The notes below the pieces were generated by a model. It did no database searches and had not been told where the DNA came from. It was given only the letters and a program-made list of their open reading frames with translations. A stretch of DNA of 52,945 bases from an uncultured Planctomycetaceae bacterium (lineage in GTDB: Bacteria > Planctomycetota > Planctomycetia > Pirellulales > Lacipirellulaceae): NCBI GenBank assembly GCA_963935315.1, contig CAWWCC010000001.1, forward strand, positions 1 to 52,945, written 5' to 3'. The translations under genes were made by a program, and so were the position numbers. This document shows, piece after piece, positions 20,458-30,702 of the stretch. Positions within the stretch are counted from its first letter, which is position 1, and each line of letters opens with the position of its first letter.

Positions 20458-20522
20458 CTGAAAAACACCATCCGGGTATTTTTCACTTCTCATGGCTGGC
20501 AGGCTGCTGACTTTTTCAGCAA
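20458..20522. mobile_element. MITE/REP-like repeat, internally deleted copy
   Basis: 20458-20491 matches 17644-17677 (32/34); 20503-20522 is identical to 17764-17783. Confidence 0.7.
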
Positions 20523-20661
20523 CCGGCTAAATATAGGCTCAGCCATGCTTGGCCGACAGCCGATTATAAGGTAAGATTGTGATAGATTTCACAATCTTTG
20601 CCGCCGCCAAAGCGCGGCTCGTTTTCACCCGACAGCACACGACATTGGGCGATTAACCATT

Positions 20662-21057
20662 ATGGCCAAAAAAGGTCCTCGTAAAAAAGTGCCGAAGGAG
20701 TTGGCAATCATCAATGCCGACAATTGCACCGGCTGCGAGTCTTGTCTGGAGGTCTGTCCCGTGGACTGCATCTTCATGAACAAGATTGACCGTGGGGTGG
20801 TGAAGGGGACACAACAATGGTGCGAAATCGATATTGAACGCTGTGTGGGCTGCGAGGTATGTGTGCATATCCCAGGCAAGAAGTCGAATCCTTACGAACT
20901 TTTAGTCTGCCCCTGGGACGCGATCGAAATGGTACCCACCGAAAACGCGGCAGTTGTCATGGCCCAAATTGGCGGCCCTCCGGAATACATTGCCGAAAAT
21001 TGGGACCGCCTAGTCGGCACGGCACAAAATCTGGCTGAGCTGCGCGCGGCCACTTGA
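20662..21057 (+). CDS. 4Fe-4S dicluster ferredoxin-like protein
   Basis: CTGCESCLEVCP and CVGCEVC...VCP. Confidence 0.9.
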   Translation: MAKKGPRKKVPKELAIINADNCTGCESCLEVCPVDCIFMNKIDRGVVKGTQQWCEIDIERCVGCEVCVHIPGKKSNPYELLVCPWDAIEMVPTENAAVVMAQIGGPPEYIAENWDRLVGTAQNLAELRAAT

Positions 21058-21060
21058 ACA

Positions 21061-21140
21061 CCCGGCTATTTACGCTGGCAGTCGTATTTGTGCCCTGGCG
21101 CCCGTCTTTGTGTACTAACACCCATCCTTGTGCGCTAGCA
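21061..21140. repeat. Degenerate 20-bp tandem array, 4 copies
   Basis: Units match consensus CCCGTCTTTGTGCGCTGGCA at 16, 15, 16 and 17 of 20 positions. Confidence 0.75.
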
Positions 21141-21186
21141 TTTTATAGGTGGGCCAAAGCCACGGGGCCAATAGAAATACTGCCGA

Positions 21187-22023
21187 CTACTCAATCTCTT
21201 TGAGCACTTGTTGCATGTACTCTAAGCTTTGTCGTGCTATGACTTCCGGACTCGGTTCGTACTTGAAGACTTCAACGGATACCCAGCCGTCATAGCGAGT
21301 CTTACGAAGGGCCTCCAGGATTGGCTCATATGGCTCCTCACCCATGCCGGGACCAAGCAGGTTGGGATCGTTGGCATGAAAATGAACCGTCCAATCACGG
21401 CTGGCACGGATAATATCTGCGACGGGTGTACTTTCGCTAGACATTGCTTTGACATCGAGGTGCAATTTGCATTGCGTTGAATCAACCATCTTCGCTAACT
21501 TGATTGCAGATTGAGCGGTCAGCAGAAAATCTCCCTCGGAAGGGCCCAGTGGCTCTAGAGCAATCACAACATCCAAATCTGCACACACGGACATGACCGC
21601 ACTTAGCACCTCTGCTGCGTACTGCTCTGCTTCGCCATAAGTCACATTGGGTAGTAAGTTGCGCTGGTAGGGCGACCCGAGAACCATGATCTGCCCCCCC
21701 AAATCGGAACATAGCTGAGCGAGTTGCTTGAGGTATTCAGCTGTGGCTTCCCGAACCATCTTGTCAGGACTCGTCAAGTAATACGCTTCCGTCTTGGCCA
21801 GGAGCCAGTGCAGACCTACTACTTCGAGACCCGCATTTGCCGCTTGCTGTCTGATCTCCGTTCGTTGTTCTGCTGAAATATCACGCACATCGCATAGGTC
21901 CTTTCCAGGCACGAGCGTGAACGGGGCAATCTCAATACCTCGATAGCCTATCTCACGAGCCAGGGCCCAGGCCTGTTCAAATGGCTGATCTCCAAATGTT
22001 TCGTTGCAAATTGCGAATTTCAT
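21187..22023 (-). CDS. Sugar phosphate isomerase/epimerase (TIM barrel, ketose 3-epimerase-like)
   Basis: GYRGIEIAP, IALEPL, LHLDVK, HFHAND, GWVSVEVF metal-ligand motifs. Confidence 0.9.
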   Translation of the reverse strand: MKFAICNETFGDQPFEQAWALAREIGYRGIEIAPFTLVPGKDLCDVRDISAEQRTEIRQQAANAGLEVVGLHWLLAKTEAYYLTSPDKMVREATAEYLKQLAQLCSDLGGQIMVLGSPYQRNLLPNVTYGEAEQYAAEVLSAVMSVCADLDVVIALEPLGPSEGDFLLTAQSAIKLAKMVDSTQCKLHLDVKAMSSESTPVADIIRASRDWTVHFHANDPNLLGPGMGEEPYEPILEALRKTRYDGWVSVEVFKYEPSPEVIARQSLEYMQQVLKEIE

Positions 22024-22321
22024 ACTGCACCCGTTTGCTATTCAGGAAGCCGTCAAAAAGTCGACTCTACAAAAAGAGAGACACTCTTTGGTAAATATCT
22101 TAACCAACAACATTCGTGAAAAAATATTTTCTTAACTCCTAATTCTTTTGCGCCCATCCAGAAAACTAGCCTCCACAGTATTCGGCTGCATCCTGGTATA
22201 CCTTGACGCGATCCTCTAAAATCAATATCCATCGAACTCAAGTGAACAACCCAAGTGAATAGTCAACCACTCCACAAATTGGCCAAGCGCGGCCAGCAAA
22301 CTCAAGCCAGCCGAATCTCAC

Positions 22322-23248
22322 ATGCTCAAATCAGGGAAGATTCATCTTGGCGATTGTATCAAACTCATGCAAAAGATCGATGCGGACTCGGTCGATTTAG
22401 CATTTGCTGATCCGCCATTTAATATCGGATACGAATACGATCAGTACGACGACAAACAGGACGACCAAAAGTATCTCGACTGGTGCGAATCCTGGATGGC
22501 AGAGATACATCGCATCTTATCTCCGACTGGAACATTTTGGCTGGCCATTGGCGATGAATATGCTGCAGAATTAAAAGTAGCCGCACAACGAAAACTGGGA
22601 TTTACGACGCGAAGCTGGGTAATTTGGTATTACACCTTCGGAGTCAACTGTACAAAAAAATTTAGTCGCTCCCATGTCCATCTGTTTCACTTTGTCAAAG
22701 ATGCCAAGAAGTTCACATTCAACGCGGACGATCCGGCCATTCGAGTCCCCTCTGCCAGGGCGCTAGTTTACGGCGACCGGCGGGCCAACCCCAAGGGCCG
22801 TTTGCCGGACGACACCTGGATTTTGCGTCCGCAAGACTTTCAGTCCGACGCCTATGGCTTTACTCCCGAACAAGATACCTGGTTCTTCTCACGCGTGGCT
22901 GGCACCTTCAAGGAACGCCAAGGGTTTCACGGCTGCCAAATGCCAGAGCAGTTATTGGGACGTATTATCCGCACAAGCAGCAATCATGGCGATTTGGTAT
23001 TCGATCCTTTCACAGGCAGCGGAACGACCCTGGCAGTGGCCAAGAAGCTGGGACGACCGTTTCTTGGCACGGAGCTCTCAGCAGAATACAAAAAGTACGC
23101 CACAGAACGATTGAAGACAATCCGGGAGGGCGACAAACTTGATGGTCCCTCGGACCCCATAGCCAGCGCCCCGAGTACGAAGAACGGACGACGGCTTAAA
23201 GCAAATGAGGATAATACAACTGAGACACAGTCAGCGCTTTTGTTCTAG
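22322..23248 (+). CDS. Orphan N6-adenine/N4-cytosine DNA methyltransferase (beta class)
   Basis: Catalytic FADPPF precedes the SAM-binding motif [11 protein letters not shown]; no restriction gene adjacent. Confidence 0.93.
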   Translation: MLKSGKIHLGDCIKLMQKIDADSVDLAFADPPFNIGYEYDQYDDKQDDQKYLDWCESWMAEIHRILSPTGTFWLAIGDEYAAELKVAAQRKLGFTTRSWVIWYYTFGVNCTKKFSRSHVHLFHFVKDAKKFTFNADDPAIRVPSARALVYGDRRANPKGRLPDDTWILRPQDFQSDAYGFTPEQDTWFFSRVAGTFKERQGFHGCQMPEQLLGRIIRTSSNHGDLVFDPFTGSGTTLAVAKKLGRPFLGTELSAEYKKYATERLKTIREGDKLDGPSDPIASAPSTKNGRRLKANEDNTTETQSALLF

Positions 23249-23295
23249 AGCTAGCCGCAATCGGGTGTTCCACCATAGCACATCTGTCCGTTGTT

Positions 23296-23356
23296 GGGAT
23301 GCGGCTGCGGGATACATATAACGGGTAACCTGACCCGCATCTCGCATCTCGCATCT
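23296..23356 (+). repeat. CGCATCT x3 repeat forming the 3' arm of a hairpin downstream of the methyltransferase
   Basis: 7-bp x3 at 23336-23356, complementary to GGGATGCG and TGCGGG at 23296-23311. Confidence 0.6.
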
Positions 23357-23603
23357 GAATTTGCTAGCAACTGAACACTTTATTGGAGATGAGCGGCGTG
23401 GAAAACGCTGCGGCCTGACATGAACGCTTTTTCAAAACAATTGGGTGATAACCTGGAAGGGAGAATTTAAACCACAACCTTTAGGTTAAGCGAGAAGCAC
23501 ACAAAAGTGTTACTTTTATTTCTTCGTCAAAAAGAAATATTCGTCCTGCGAAAAACTGCTACGTTCATACCTGAACCGTAGATAGCCTCTTCATTGACTG
23601 ATT

Positions 23604-24650
23604 TTAGATGGCAGAGTTCTGTTGGGCAATCTGTTGGTTTTCTTTTCTGACAAGCTGTCCACAGGCTGCTGCTATGTCGTTGCCTAATGAATAACGCACT
23701 GTCGTTTGCAAACCTGCCTTCTTAAGAAAACCTGCAAAAACATCTCTCTTTTCGCGCTGGGTGCCTGCGAGTTGGGGAGCATCTTCAATGGGATTATAAG
23801 GAATTAAATTGACATGTACTTTGAGGTCAACAAGCCAATGGATAAGCTCTTGGGCGTCGTCCTCTGAGTCGTTAATACCCTCAAGGAGCAAATACTCAAT
23901 CATGACTGTCGAAGTCTGCAATCTATTGACTTCATGCAATGCCTGACGTAGTACTTCAAGTGAATATTTTTTTGCCAGTGGGATCAACCTCTCACGTACA
24001 TCTTGCCGAACACTATGGAGACTCAGAGCTAAATTAACTTCTGGGTAGCGACGCGCGCATCGGACCATGGCATTTGGAATGCCTACAGTAGACACAAGAA
24101 TTTTGGTTGGCGGATGATGAAACAAGTCTGCCGCAGTCAACGCATGGAGTGTTTGATAAAGGTTCTCCTCATTATGAAAAGGCTCTCCCATGCCCATAAA
24201 CACGATATTTCGAATTTTTCTATCTTCTCGGGCCAGCAACTGACCTGCTTGCAGAACCTGGTCCAGTATCTCTTCAGGCTCTAGATTCTGGGCAACGCCC
24301 ATCTTCCCAGTTGCGCAAAATTCGCAAGCAGCACCACACCCCACCTGGCTTGACACACAAAGAGTTGTACGGCCGCTGGCAATTCGAAGTATTACCGACT
24401 CGATAAGCATTCCCCTAGTTGTGCGAAATAGTAATTTCGTTGCACCATCAATCTGAGAATCACATTGGCGATAGAGTTCCAGTGTGTGGCAGGCAACTTG
24501 TTCAGGTGCAGCAAAATCGAAAAACGCGGTGTCATCCGAAGAAAAATGCTTAAGAAGATTGTTACTCAGTCGACGTATCTGCTGCGGGTCAATACCTTGA
24601 TCACGGCATAATTGCTTTAGGTTTTGTGAATCAAAAATGCTTACAGGCAT
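23604..24650 (-). CDS. rlmN: RlmN-family radical SAM RNA methyltransferase
   Basis: CVSSQVGCGAACEFC, VFMGMGEP, LALSLHS, DIAAACGQL. Confidence 0.93.
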   Translation of the reverse strand: MPVSIFDSQNLKQLCRDQGIDPQQIRRLSNNLLKHFSSDDTAFFDFAAPEQVACHTLELYRQCDSQIDGATKLLFRTTRGMLIESVILRIASGRTTLCVSSQVGCGAACEFCATGKMGVAQNLEPEEILDQVLQAGQLLAREDRKIRNIVFMGMGEPFHNEENLYQTLHALTAADLFHHPPTKILVSTVGIPNAMVRCARRYPEVNLALSLHSVRQDVRERLIPLAKKYSLEVLRQALHEVNRLQTSTVMIEYLLLEGINDSEDDAQELIHWLVDLKVHVNLIPYNPIEDAPQLAGTQREKRDVFAGFLKKAGLQTTVRYSLGNDIAAACGQLVRKENQQIAQQNSAI

Positions 24651-24732
24651 CTGTTTCTTGTGCTTTCAAGAATGTGCTGGGGGCTGTTATTTTGGTTTCT
24701 GCTTGCCTTCGCAACCGGAAAGAATATCCACA

Positions 24733-25761
24733 CTAACTAAGTACTCTTTTATGAGGTTCGTTTGGTATTTCCTGAACGTATTTGGGCACCAGATAACCGG
24801 GTAGTTTTGCCCGCATCTGGGTGATGAGCTTTTTCCCCTGGGAAATGGGTACTTCAAAATGGGCCGCTCCCCGTACACGGTCGAGCTGATGTAGATAATA
24901 CGGCATGACACCTATCTCTACCAATCGTTCACTTAAAGCAATTTGCGAGTCCACCGTATCATTCACCCCTCGAAGTAATACGGCTTGATTCAAGAGCAAA
25001 ACTTTAGCTTTTTGCAGACGTTCCATAGACTGCCCAACATCATCGTCAAGTTCCTGTGCATGATTCGCATGAATAACAACAATGGGTGTTAAACGAGTCT
25101 TCGTCAGTACATCCAACAAAGAATCAGTGACTCGTGATGGAATCATGATCGGAAATCGCGTGTGCACACGTAAGCGTTTCACCGAAGATAAATCAGCAAT
25201 CCTATCCACCAACACACCCAACTGCTCGTCGACAAGCATGAATGGATCACCACCACTTAGAATAACCTCCGTAATGGATGGATCCTTTGCAAGAGACTCC
25301 AGACCCTGCTCCCAGGCAGCGTTGCTGTGAGGCGATTCCTGATAAGGATAGTATCGGCGAAAACAGTACCGACAATGGACTGCACACGATCCTGTTGCAA
25401 TCAGCAATGCTCGGCCTGCATACTTTTGCAAGACTCCAGGTGCTAACATCGCTGAACTGTCGTCGACTGGATCTGCCAAATAACCCTCCATCTGGATGGT
25501 TTCATCCCGGGTTGGCAATACCTGACGCAGCAGAGGGTCGCCTGGATCACCAGGGCAAATACGTGCTAAAAAACTGGGGGGCACAAAAACAGGAAAGTCC
25601 CCAGTTCCCTGCTGAGCAGCGGCAGTCCATTCGTCGGAGAGTCCCAAATGCTGGCAGAGGTCACGAGCATTGCGTACGGCTGTACGAACCTCTTCGTGCC
25701 ACGAAAGTTCACCTGACGAACGGGGGCGGACAAACTCTGGAAAACTGGTTAAAATGCTCAC
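24733..25761 (-). CDS. epmB: EF-P beta-lysylation protein EpmB (lysine 2,3-aminomutase)
   Basis: DPLLRQVLP, CAVHCRYCFRR, VILSGGDP, PYYLHQLD; divergent from efp. Confidence 0.95.
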   Translation of the reverse strand: MSILTSFPEFVRPRSSGELSWHEEVRTAVRNARDLCQHLGLSDEWTAAAQQGTGDFPVFVPPSFLARICPGDPGDPLLRQVLPTRDETIQMEGYLADPVDDSSAMLAPGVLQKYAGRALLIATGSCAVHCRYCFRRYYPYQESPHSNAAWEQGLESLAKDPSITEVILSGGDPFMLVDEQLGVLVDRIADLSSVKRLRVHTRFPIMIPSRVTDSLLDVLTKTRLTPIVVIHANHAQELDDDVGQSMERLQKAKVLLLNQAVLLRGVNDTVDSQIALSERLVEIGVMPYYLHQLDRVRGAAHFEVPISQGKKLITQMRAKLPGYLVPKYVQEIPNEPHKRVLS

Positions 25762-25791
25762 TCGGCTCTTTCATGTATGGTCCACAGGGCT

Positions 25792-25854
25792 CAAATACAA
25801 CTTCCAAATACAACTTCCAACGAGAATCACAAGGCTGCGAGAATCACAAAGCTA
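25792..25854. repeat. Adjacent 13-bp (perfect) and 17-bp (15/17) tandem duplications
   Basis: CAAATACAACTTC x2 (25792-25817); CGAGAATCACAAGGCTG / CGAGAATCACAAAGCTA (25821-25854). Confidence 0.9.
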
Positions 25855-25974
25855 TTTGAGACGGTTTGACTCAAAAGTGCTCTGAAATCCAACTGCCTCC
25901 AACATCGCCCCTGCCTATCCTATCACTTTATGACCCAATTAGTACCAAGACTATAAGCAAGAGGAAAATATCCC

Positions 25975-26553
25975 GTGGCCAGCTACAGTACGAACGAATT
26001 TCGCAAGGGACTCAAGATCCAGATTGACGGCACTCCGTATCAAATGATCGAGATGAATTTCCGCAAACCTGGCAAAGGAGCAGCCCTGTACGAGTGCAAA
26101 CTAAAGAATCTAATTCGGGGCACTGTTACCGATAAAACTTACCGCGCTGGCCAATCACTCGAGGCTGCAGACGTTTCGGAGTTCACAGCCCAATTTCTGT
26201 ACCGACAGGGCGATAGCTATGTCTTTATGAAGAACGATGACTACGAACAATATGAGTTGACCCAGGATCAGGTGGGAGAAGAGAGCAGATTTCTCAAAGA
26301 AGGCATGGAATGCCAATTGGTTATTTACAACAACAATCCCATTGCTGTTACACTACCAAACCATGTTGTTTTGCAAGTCGAGTATTGCGAACCGACCGTC
26401 AAAGGAAATACGGCTACCAATGTCCAAAAACCAGTTAAGTTGGAAACGGGAGCAGAAATAGGCGCTCCTGCGTTCATTAACATCGGTGACTGGTTGCGCG
26501 TCGACACCCGTACTGGAGACTATATTGAGAGAACTAAAGATCCAGAATCCTAG
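25975..26553 (+). CDS. efp: Elongation factor P
   Basis: KPGKG loop (modifiable Lys), KPVKLETG, VDTRTGDYIER. Confidence 0.98.
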   Translation: MASYSTNEFRKGLKIQIDGTPYQMIEMNFRKPGKGAALYECKLKNLIRGTVTDKTYRAGQSLEAADVSEFTAQFLYRQGDSYVFMKNDDYEQYELTQDQVGEESRFLKEGMECQLVIYNNNPIAVTLPNHVVLQVEYCEPTVKGNTATNVQKPVKLETGAEIGAPAFINIGDWLRVDTRTGDYIERTKDPES

Positions 26554-26890
26554 CCCCCAATGGATTCGCATCTGCTGTGGCTTTCTAAGATGGTCTCCTT
26601 TCCCTGATTTCCAGTCGCCGTACTGATCAATTGGTGCTGACGACGGTTTTGCCACTTTCAAAATTTCTTTTTTCTTGCATTAAGCTTTTTACTCGATTGG
26701 CTTAGTGGTTGAAAAAATGATATGCGGGCCCTTTTCTGGCAAGATTTGTACTCCTGCGACGAACAGCCAATGAGAATCTATCGGTTTGCATTCTTGCGCT
26801 AAGGGTGTAGGCTGATCGTCATTACAGCCTTTCGATCTACTACCATCCACCACTATTCCACCAACTACCACTCTTATAAGGAATCTTGCC

Positions 26891-27514
26891 ATGTTACCTT
26901 GGGGACTTTTGGCCCTTTCAACCATGGGCACACTAGGTATTCTGCTCGGTGTTGTGGTACTCCTCGCATTTTTTGGCGTTGGCATTTACAACCGTCTCGT
27001 GACGCTCCACAACCGGATCGACAATGCTTTTTCGCAAATCGAAGTACAGCTTAAAAGGCGCTATGACTTAATTCCCAATCTGGTCGAAACCGTCAAAGGT
27101 TACATGGCCCATGAAAAAGATACTCTCGAAGCAGTCATCAACGCTCGCAATCAGGCGGTTGGCGGCTTGCAAGCAGCTGCTGCCAATCCGGGTAATGCTG
27201 CTGCTATGAAAGAACTGATGAGTGCTGAGCAAGGGCTGTCGGGAGCCTTAGGGAAATTGTTTGCTCTATCCGAGGCTTATCCTGATCTCAAAGCAAACGA
27301 GAATATGGCCCAACTTACAGAGGAACTCACCTCTACCGAAAATCGGGTGGCCTTTTCGCGACAGGCCTACAACGATTCGGTCACTGCCTTTAATACCTAT
27401 AGGCAGACCTTCCCACCAATCTTTTTCGCCGGCATGTTTGGCTATGGCGAAGATGCTGAGCTTCTGGAATTCGACAGCGAAGCCATCGCTGAAGCGCCCA
27501 AGGTATCATTTTGA
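26891..27514 (+). CDS. lemA: LemA family protein
   Basis: TM anchor, IEVQLKRRYDLIPNLV, EAYPDLKAN, ENRVAFSRQAYND. Confidence 0.96.
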   Translation: MLPWGLLALSTMGTLGILLGVVVLLAFFGVGIYNRLVTLHNRIDNAFSQIEVQLKRRYDLIPNLVETVKGYMAHEKDTLEAVINARNQAVGGLQAAAANPGNAAAMKELMSAEQGLSGALGKLFALSEAYPDLKANENMAQLTEELTSTENRVAFSRQAYNDSVTAFNTYRQTFPPIFFAGMFGYGEDAELLEFDSEAIAEAPKVSF

Positions 27515-27635
27515 CGTGGGGTTCAAGCCGGAGACCTGGAACCAGGATTATTCTCTCTTCGTCTTCCAGCTTGCTTTGCACCGCTAAACAAATCCGCTGT
27601 GGCTCGCCTGGGCTTACTCAGCCTTTGATAATCCT

Positions 27636-29594
27636 ATGTCCACTACTTTCTACGAACGTCAATCGCAAGCACGTCGCTCCACCAAGTGGTTGGTTTGGCT
27701 TTTCTTGCTGGCAGTCATAAGTATCGTGGGACTGGTTGTCTTTGTCACAGCCTTTGCGATAGAGAACCTCGACAATAGCCCTGAAACAGGAATGAGCGTT
27801 GAAACAGGGATGTCGCCTCGTAACGATTCCGTGGCACGTTGGTCAACCCCGTTTGGAGCTGGTCTCGCGACCCTGCTTCTGATTGGGGGAGGGAGTCTGT
27901 TTAAAGTTGCCCAATTACGTGGTGGAGGCACTACGGTAGCCGAAAATGTGGGAGGACGACGGATCATCCCAAACACGATGGATCCAGTAGAGCGACGTTT
28001 GGTCAATGTGGTCGAAGAAATGGCTCTCGCGGCCGGAGTACCAGTACCTCCAATTTATCTATTACCTGAAGAAAAGGGGATCAATGCTTTTGCGGCGGGC
28101 TATTCACCAGGCGATGCCGTGGTAGCCGTCACGCGCGGCACTGCAGAGCTCTTAACGCGCGATCAATTGCAAGGTGTGGTCGCTCATGAGTTCAGCCACA
28201 TTCTCAATGGCGACATGCGATTGAATATACGACTTATTGGCGTGCTTCACGGCATTTTGCTGCTTGGATTGATTGGACGAGTGCTCTTTCGCATTGCAGC
28301 ACACAGCGGGAACAGTCGCTCAAAAAACAATCCGGCCCTGGCATTTTTTTTGATTGGCCTGATTTTAGTTGTACTTGGTCTGGTTGGTACTCTGATTGGC
28401 AACATCATTAAGGCCGCAGTCTCACGACAGCGCGAGTATCTGGCAGATGCCTCAGCTGTACAGTTCACACGGAATCCTCAGGGCATTGCAGGAGCTCTCA
28501 AACGTATCGGCGCAGTTCTCAACGGCTCACGACTCCAACATGAAAATGCTGCTGAGATGAGCCACATGTACTTTGGTCAAGGTGTCTGGGAAGGTTTCAC
28601 CGGATTGATGGCAACACACCCGCCTTTACCAAAACGCATCCTAGCTCTCGAACCCGACTGGGATGGTAAATTCCCCCAGCACCCTACAACGCCTGCCGCA
28701 CTCGCAGAGATTTCGCAAGCATCTGGATTTGTTGGTGATGCTACTCTCGACAACCACGTACCGATGGACTTTGTAAGCGATGCTGCTGAACACGTGGGAC
28801 AGCCTACGGAGATTCATAATCTCTATGCCAGGCAACTTGTCCATGAATTGCCTTCCGATATTACCGCGGTCATCCACGAACCCTATGGGTCCCGTGCGGT
28901 TATCTTTGCATTGCTCCTGGACCGTGACTCTGAAATCCGTAGGCGACAGATTCGCAAATTGAACGAATGTACGACTCCTGACATTGTTGAATTGACCAGC
29001 AAACTCAGTCCATTAGTAGACGAGCTTGACGCACGTGTCCGTTTGCCGCTTGTCGATATGGCACTACCCGCACTGCGCGCTATGGCCCAGTCTCAATATG
29101 TCGAATTCTCAAAGGCTTTTCAGGAGATAGTCAAAGCGGACTCGCGACTCTCGCTTTTTGAATGGATGCTGCATCAGGTGCTGCTGCGAAATCTAAGACC
29201 ACAATTCGAAAAAACTGCTGCACCACCAATAGCCTATTACGGGTTGCAACGTCTGGCCGAACCGTGTGCGGTACTCCTTTCGTCACTTGCCTATGCCGGC
29301 AATACTCAGGCAGAATCAAAAATCGCATTCGCTGCAGCAGCAAAACATGTTCCCGAAGTCGCAGCCCATTTGTTACCAGCCGATCAATGCAGTCTTGCCA
29401 AACTTAACCAGGCGCTCAGCCAACTCACACGCGTGGCAGCCAAACACCGTGAACGACTTATCGAAGCGTGTGCTGCTGCGATATGTGCTGATCGAGAAGT
29501 GAGAGTTCGAGAAGTTGAATTGCTACGCGGTATTTCCGACATACTCAACTGCCCGATGCCACCCCTGCTGGCAGGGCAACCCATTGCGTCGTGA
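27636..29594 (+). CDS. M48 (HtpX-like) membrane metalloprotease with a C-terminal extension
   Basis: INAFAAG, VVAHEFSH, SRQREYLADA, ATHPPLPKRI. Confidence 0.93.
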   Translation: MSTTFYERQSQARRSTKWLVWLFLLAVISIVGLVVFVTAFAIENLDNSPETGMSVETGMSPRNDSVARWSTPFGAGLATLLLIGGGSLFKVAQLRGGGTTVAENVGGRRIIPNTMDPVERRLVNVVEEMALAAGVPVPPIYLLPEEKGINAFAAGYSPGDAVVAVTRGTAELLTRDQLQGVVAHEFSHILNGDMRLNIRLIGVLHGILLLGLIGRVLFRIAAHSGNSRSKNNPALAFFLIGLILVVLGLVGTLIGNIIKAAVSRQREYLADASAVQFTRNPQGIAGALKRIGAVLNGSRLQHENAAEMSHMYFGQGVWEGFTGLMATHPPLPKRILALEPDWDGKFPQHPTTPAALAEISQASGFVGDATLDNHVPMDFVSDAAEHVGQPTEIHNLYARQLVHELPSDITAVIHEPYGSRAVIFALLLDRDSEIRRRQIRKLNECTTPDIVELTSKLSPLVDELDARVRLPLVDMALPALRAMAQSQYVEFSKAFQEIVKADSRLSLFEWMLHQVLLRNLRPQFEKTAAPPIAYYGLQRLAEPCAVLLSSLAYAGNTQAESKIAFAAAAKHVPEVAAHLLPADQCSLAKLNQALSQLTRVAAKHRERLIEACAAAICADREVRVREVELLRGISDILNCPMPPLLAGQPIAS

Positions 29595-30559
29595 AAAAGG
29601 AATACCACGTGACACCAACCAAGAATACATCACTTGACACGCTTCAGAAGCGTAGCAAACTCTTAAAAAAGGTACGCGAGTTTTTCTGGCAAGAAAATTT
29701 TCAAGAAGTAGAAACTCCCCTGCTGGCAGACGAAATAATACCCGAACTGCACATCGATCCCGTTTGTATTCCTGACAATGACGTTCCCCAGTGGTTGCAG
29801 GCTTCTCCCGAATTGCACATGAAGCGTCTACTGGCCCAGGGCATGCAATCCATCTTTCAGGTCACTCGTTCATTTCGTGGTCAAGAACGCGGAACTTTGC
29901 ACAATCCAGAATTTACGATCCTTGAATGGTACCGGATTGGAGATAGTTTCCAGGCAGGGATGGATTTGCTCGATCGCTTGTGTCAATACGCCGCTGGTAG
30001 CCCACCTGCCAAACGCACGAGTTATGCCGAGGCCTTTCAAGAATACATTGGACTTTGTCCTCACACTGCCACGGCCCAAGAACTGGCTCACAAAACGGCA
30101 TCTCTGAATATTGAGTTGCCTTTCGATTCCGGATTAGAAGATCGCGATGAATGGCTGAATTACCTATTGGTTAAGAAGATCGAACCTCATCTGGGATGCG
30201 ATGGTCCCGAAATATTGTACGACTACCCGGCCAGTCAGGCAGCCCTGGCCAAGGTCACCCAACGAGATCAAGGATGGCAAATCGCCGAACGTTTTGAGAT
30301 GTATTGGAAAAGTGTAGAACTGGCCAATGGCTACCACGAACTCACCGACCCTGGGGAACTTCGTAAACGATTGACCAAAGTCAACAAACGCCGATTGGCG
30401 GAGGGACGGAGTGCCCTGCCCCTGCCCGAATCTTTGCTTTCCGCCATGCAATCAGGACTCCCTGCTTGCGCAGGTTGCGCGATGGGATTCGATAGGTTGG
30501 CTTTAGTCGCACTCGGCGAAACGACACTCGCTGCGATCCGCCCCTTTTTAAATGATTGA
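29591..30559 (+). CDS. epmA: EF-P lysine aminoacylase EpmA
   Basis: LQASPELHMKRLLA, HNPEFTILEWYR, ERFE, ELANGYHEL, GCAMGFDRL; no anticodon-binding domain. An alternative GTG start at 29609 follows AAGGA. Confidence 0.95.
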   Translation: MKKEYHVTPTKNTSLDTLQKRSKLLKKVREFFWQENFQEVETPLLADEIIPELHIDPVCIPDNDVPQWLQASPELHMKRLLAQGMQSIFQVTRSFRGQERGTLHNPEFTILEWYRIGDSFQAGMDLLDRLCQYAAGSPPAKRTSYAEAFQEYIGLCPHTATAQELAHKTASLNIELPFDSGLEDRDEWLNYLLVKKIEPHLGCDGPEILYDYPASQAALAKVTQRDQGWQIAERFEMYWKSVELANGYHELTDPGELRKRLTKVNKRRLAEGRSALPLPESLLSAMQSGLPACAGCAMGFDRLALVALGETTLAAIRPFLND

Positions 30560-30702
30560 GTAAAATTGCTTCATCCTGTTTAAACTTTTTTCAAACTGTT
30601 TAAGATCATCGTGGACCGGAACTCCCCACTCCGTTTCATGGCATTGGATGTACAGCGCATTGCTAGACAAACACCATGCATAGCGATTTTTATCGGTGCT
30701 AC

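Noticed and set aside
17261-21140. Short direct repeats as a possible CRISPR array
   Set aside because: Units are contiguous with no unique spacers, are too short, and no cas genes are present.
22322-23603. Restriction-modification or defence island
   Set aside because: No endonuclease-sized ORF lies beside the methyltransferase, and the flanking genes are housekeeping.
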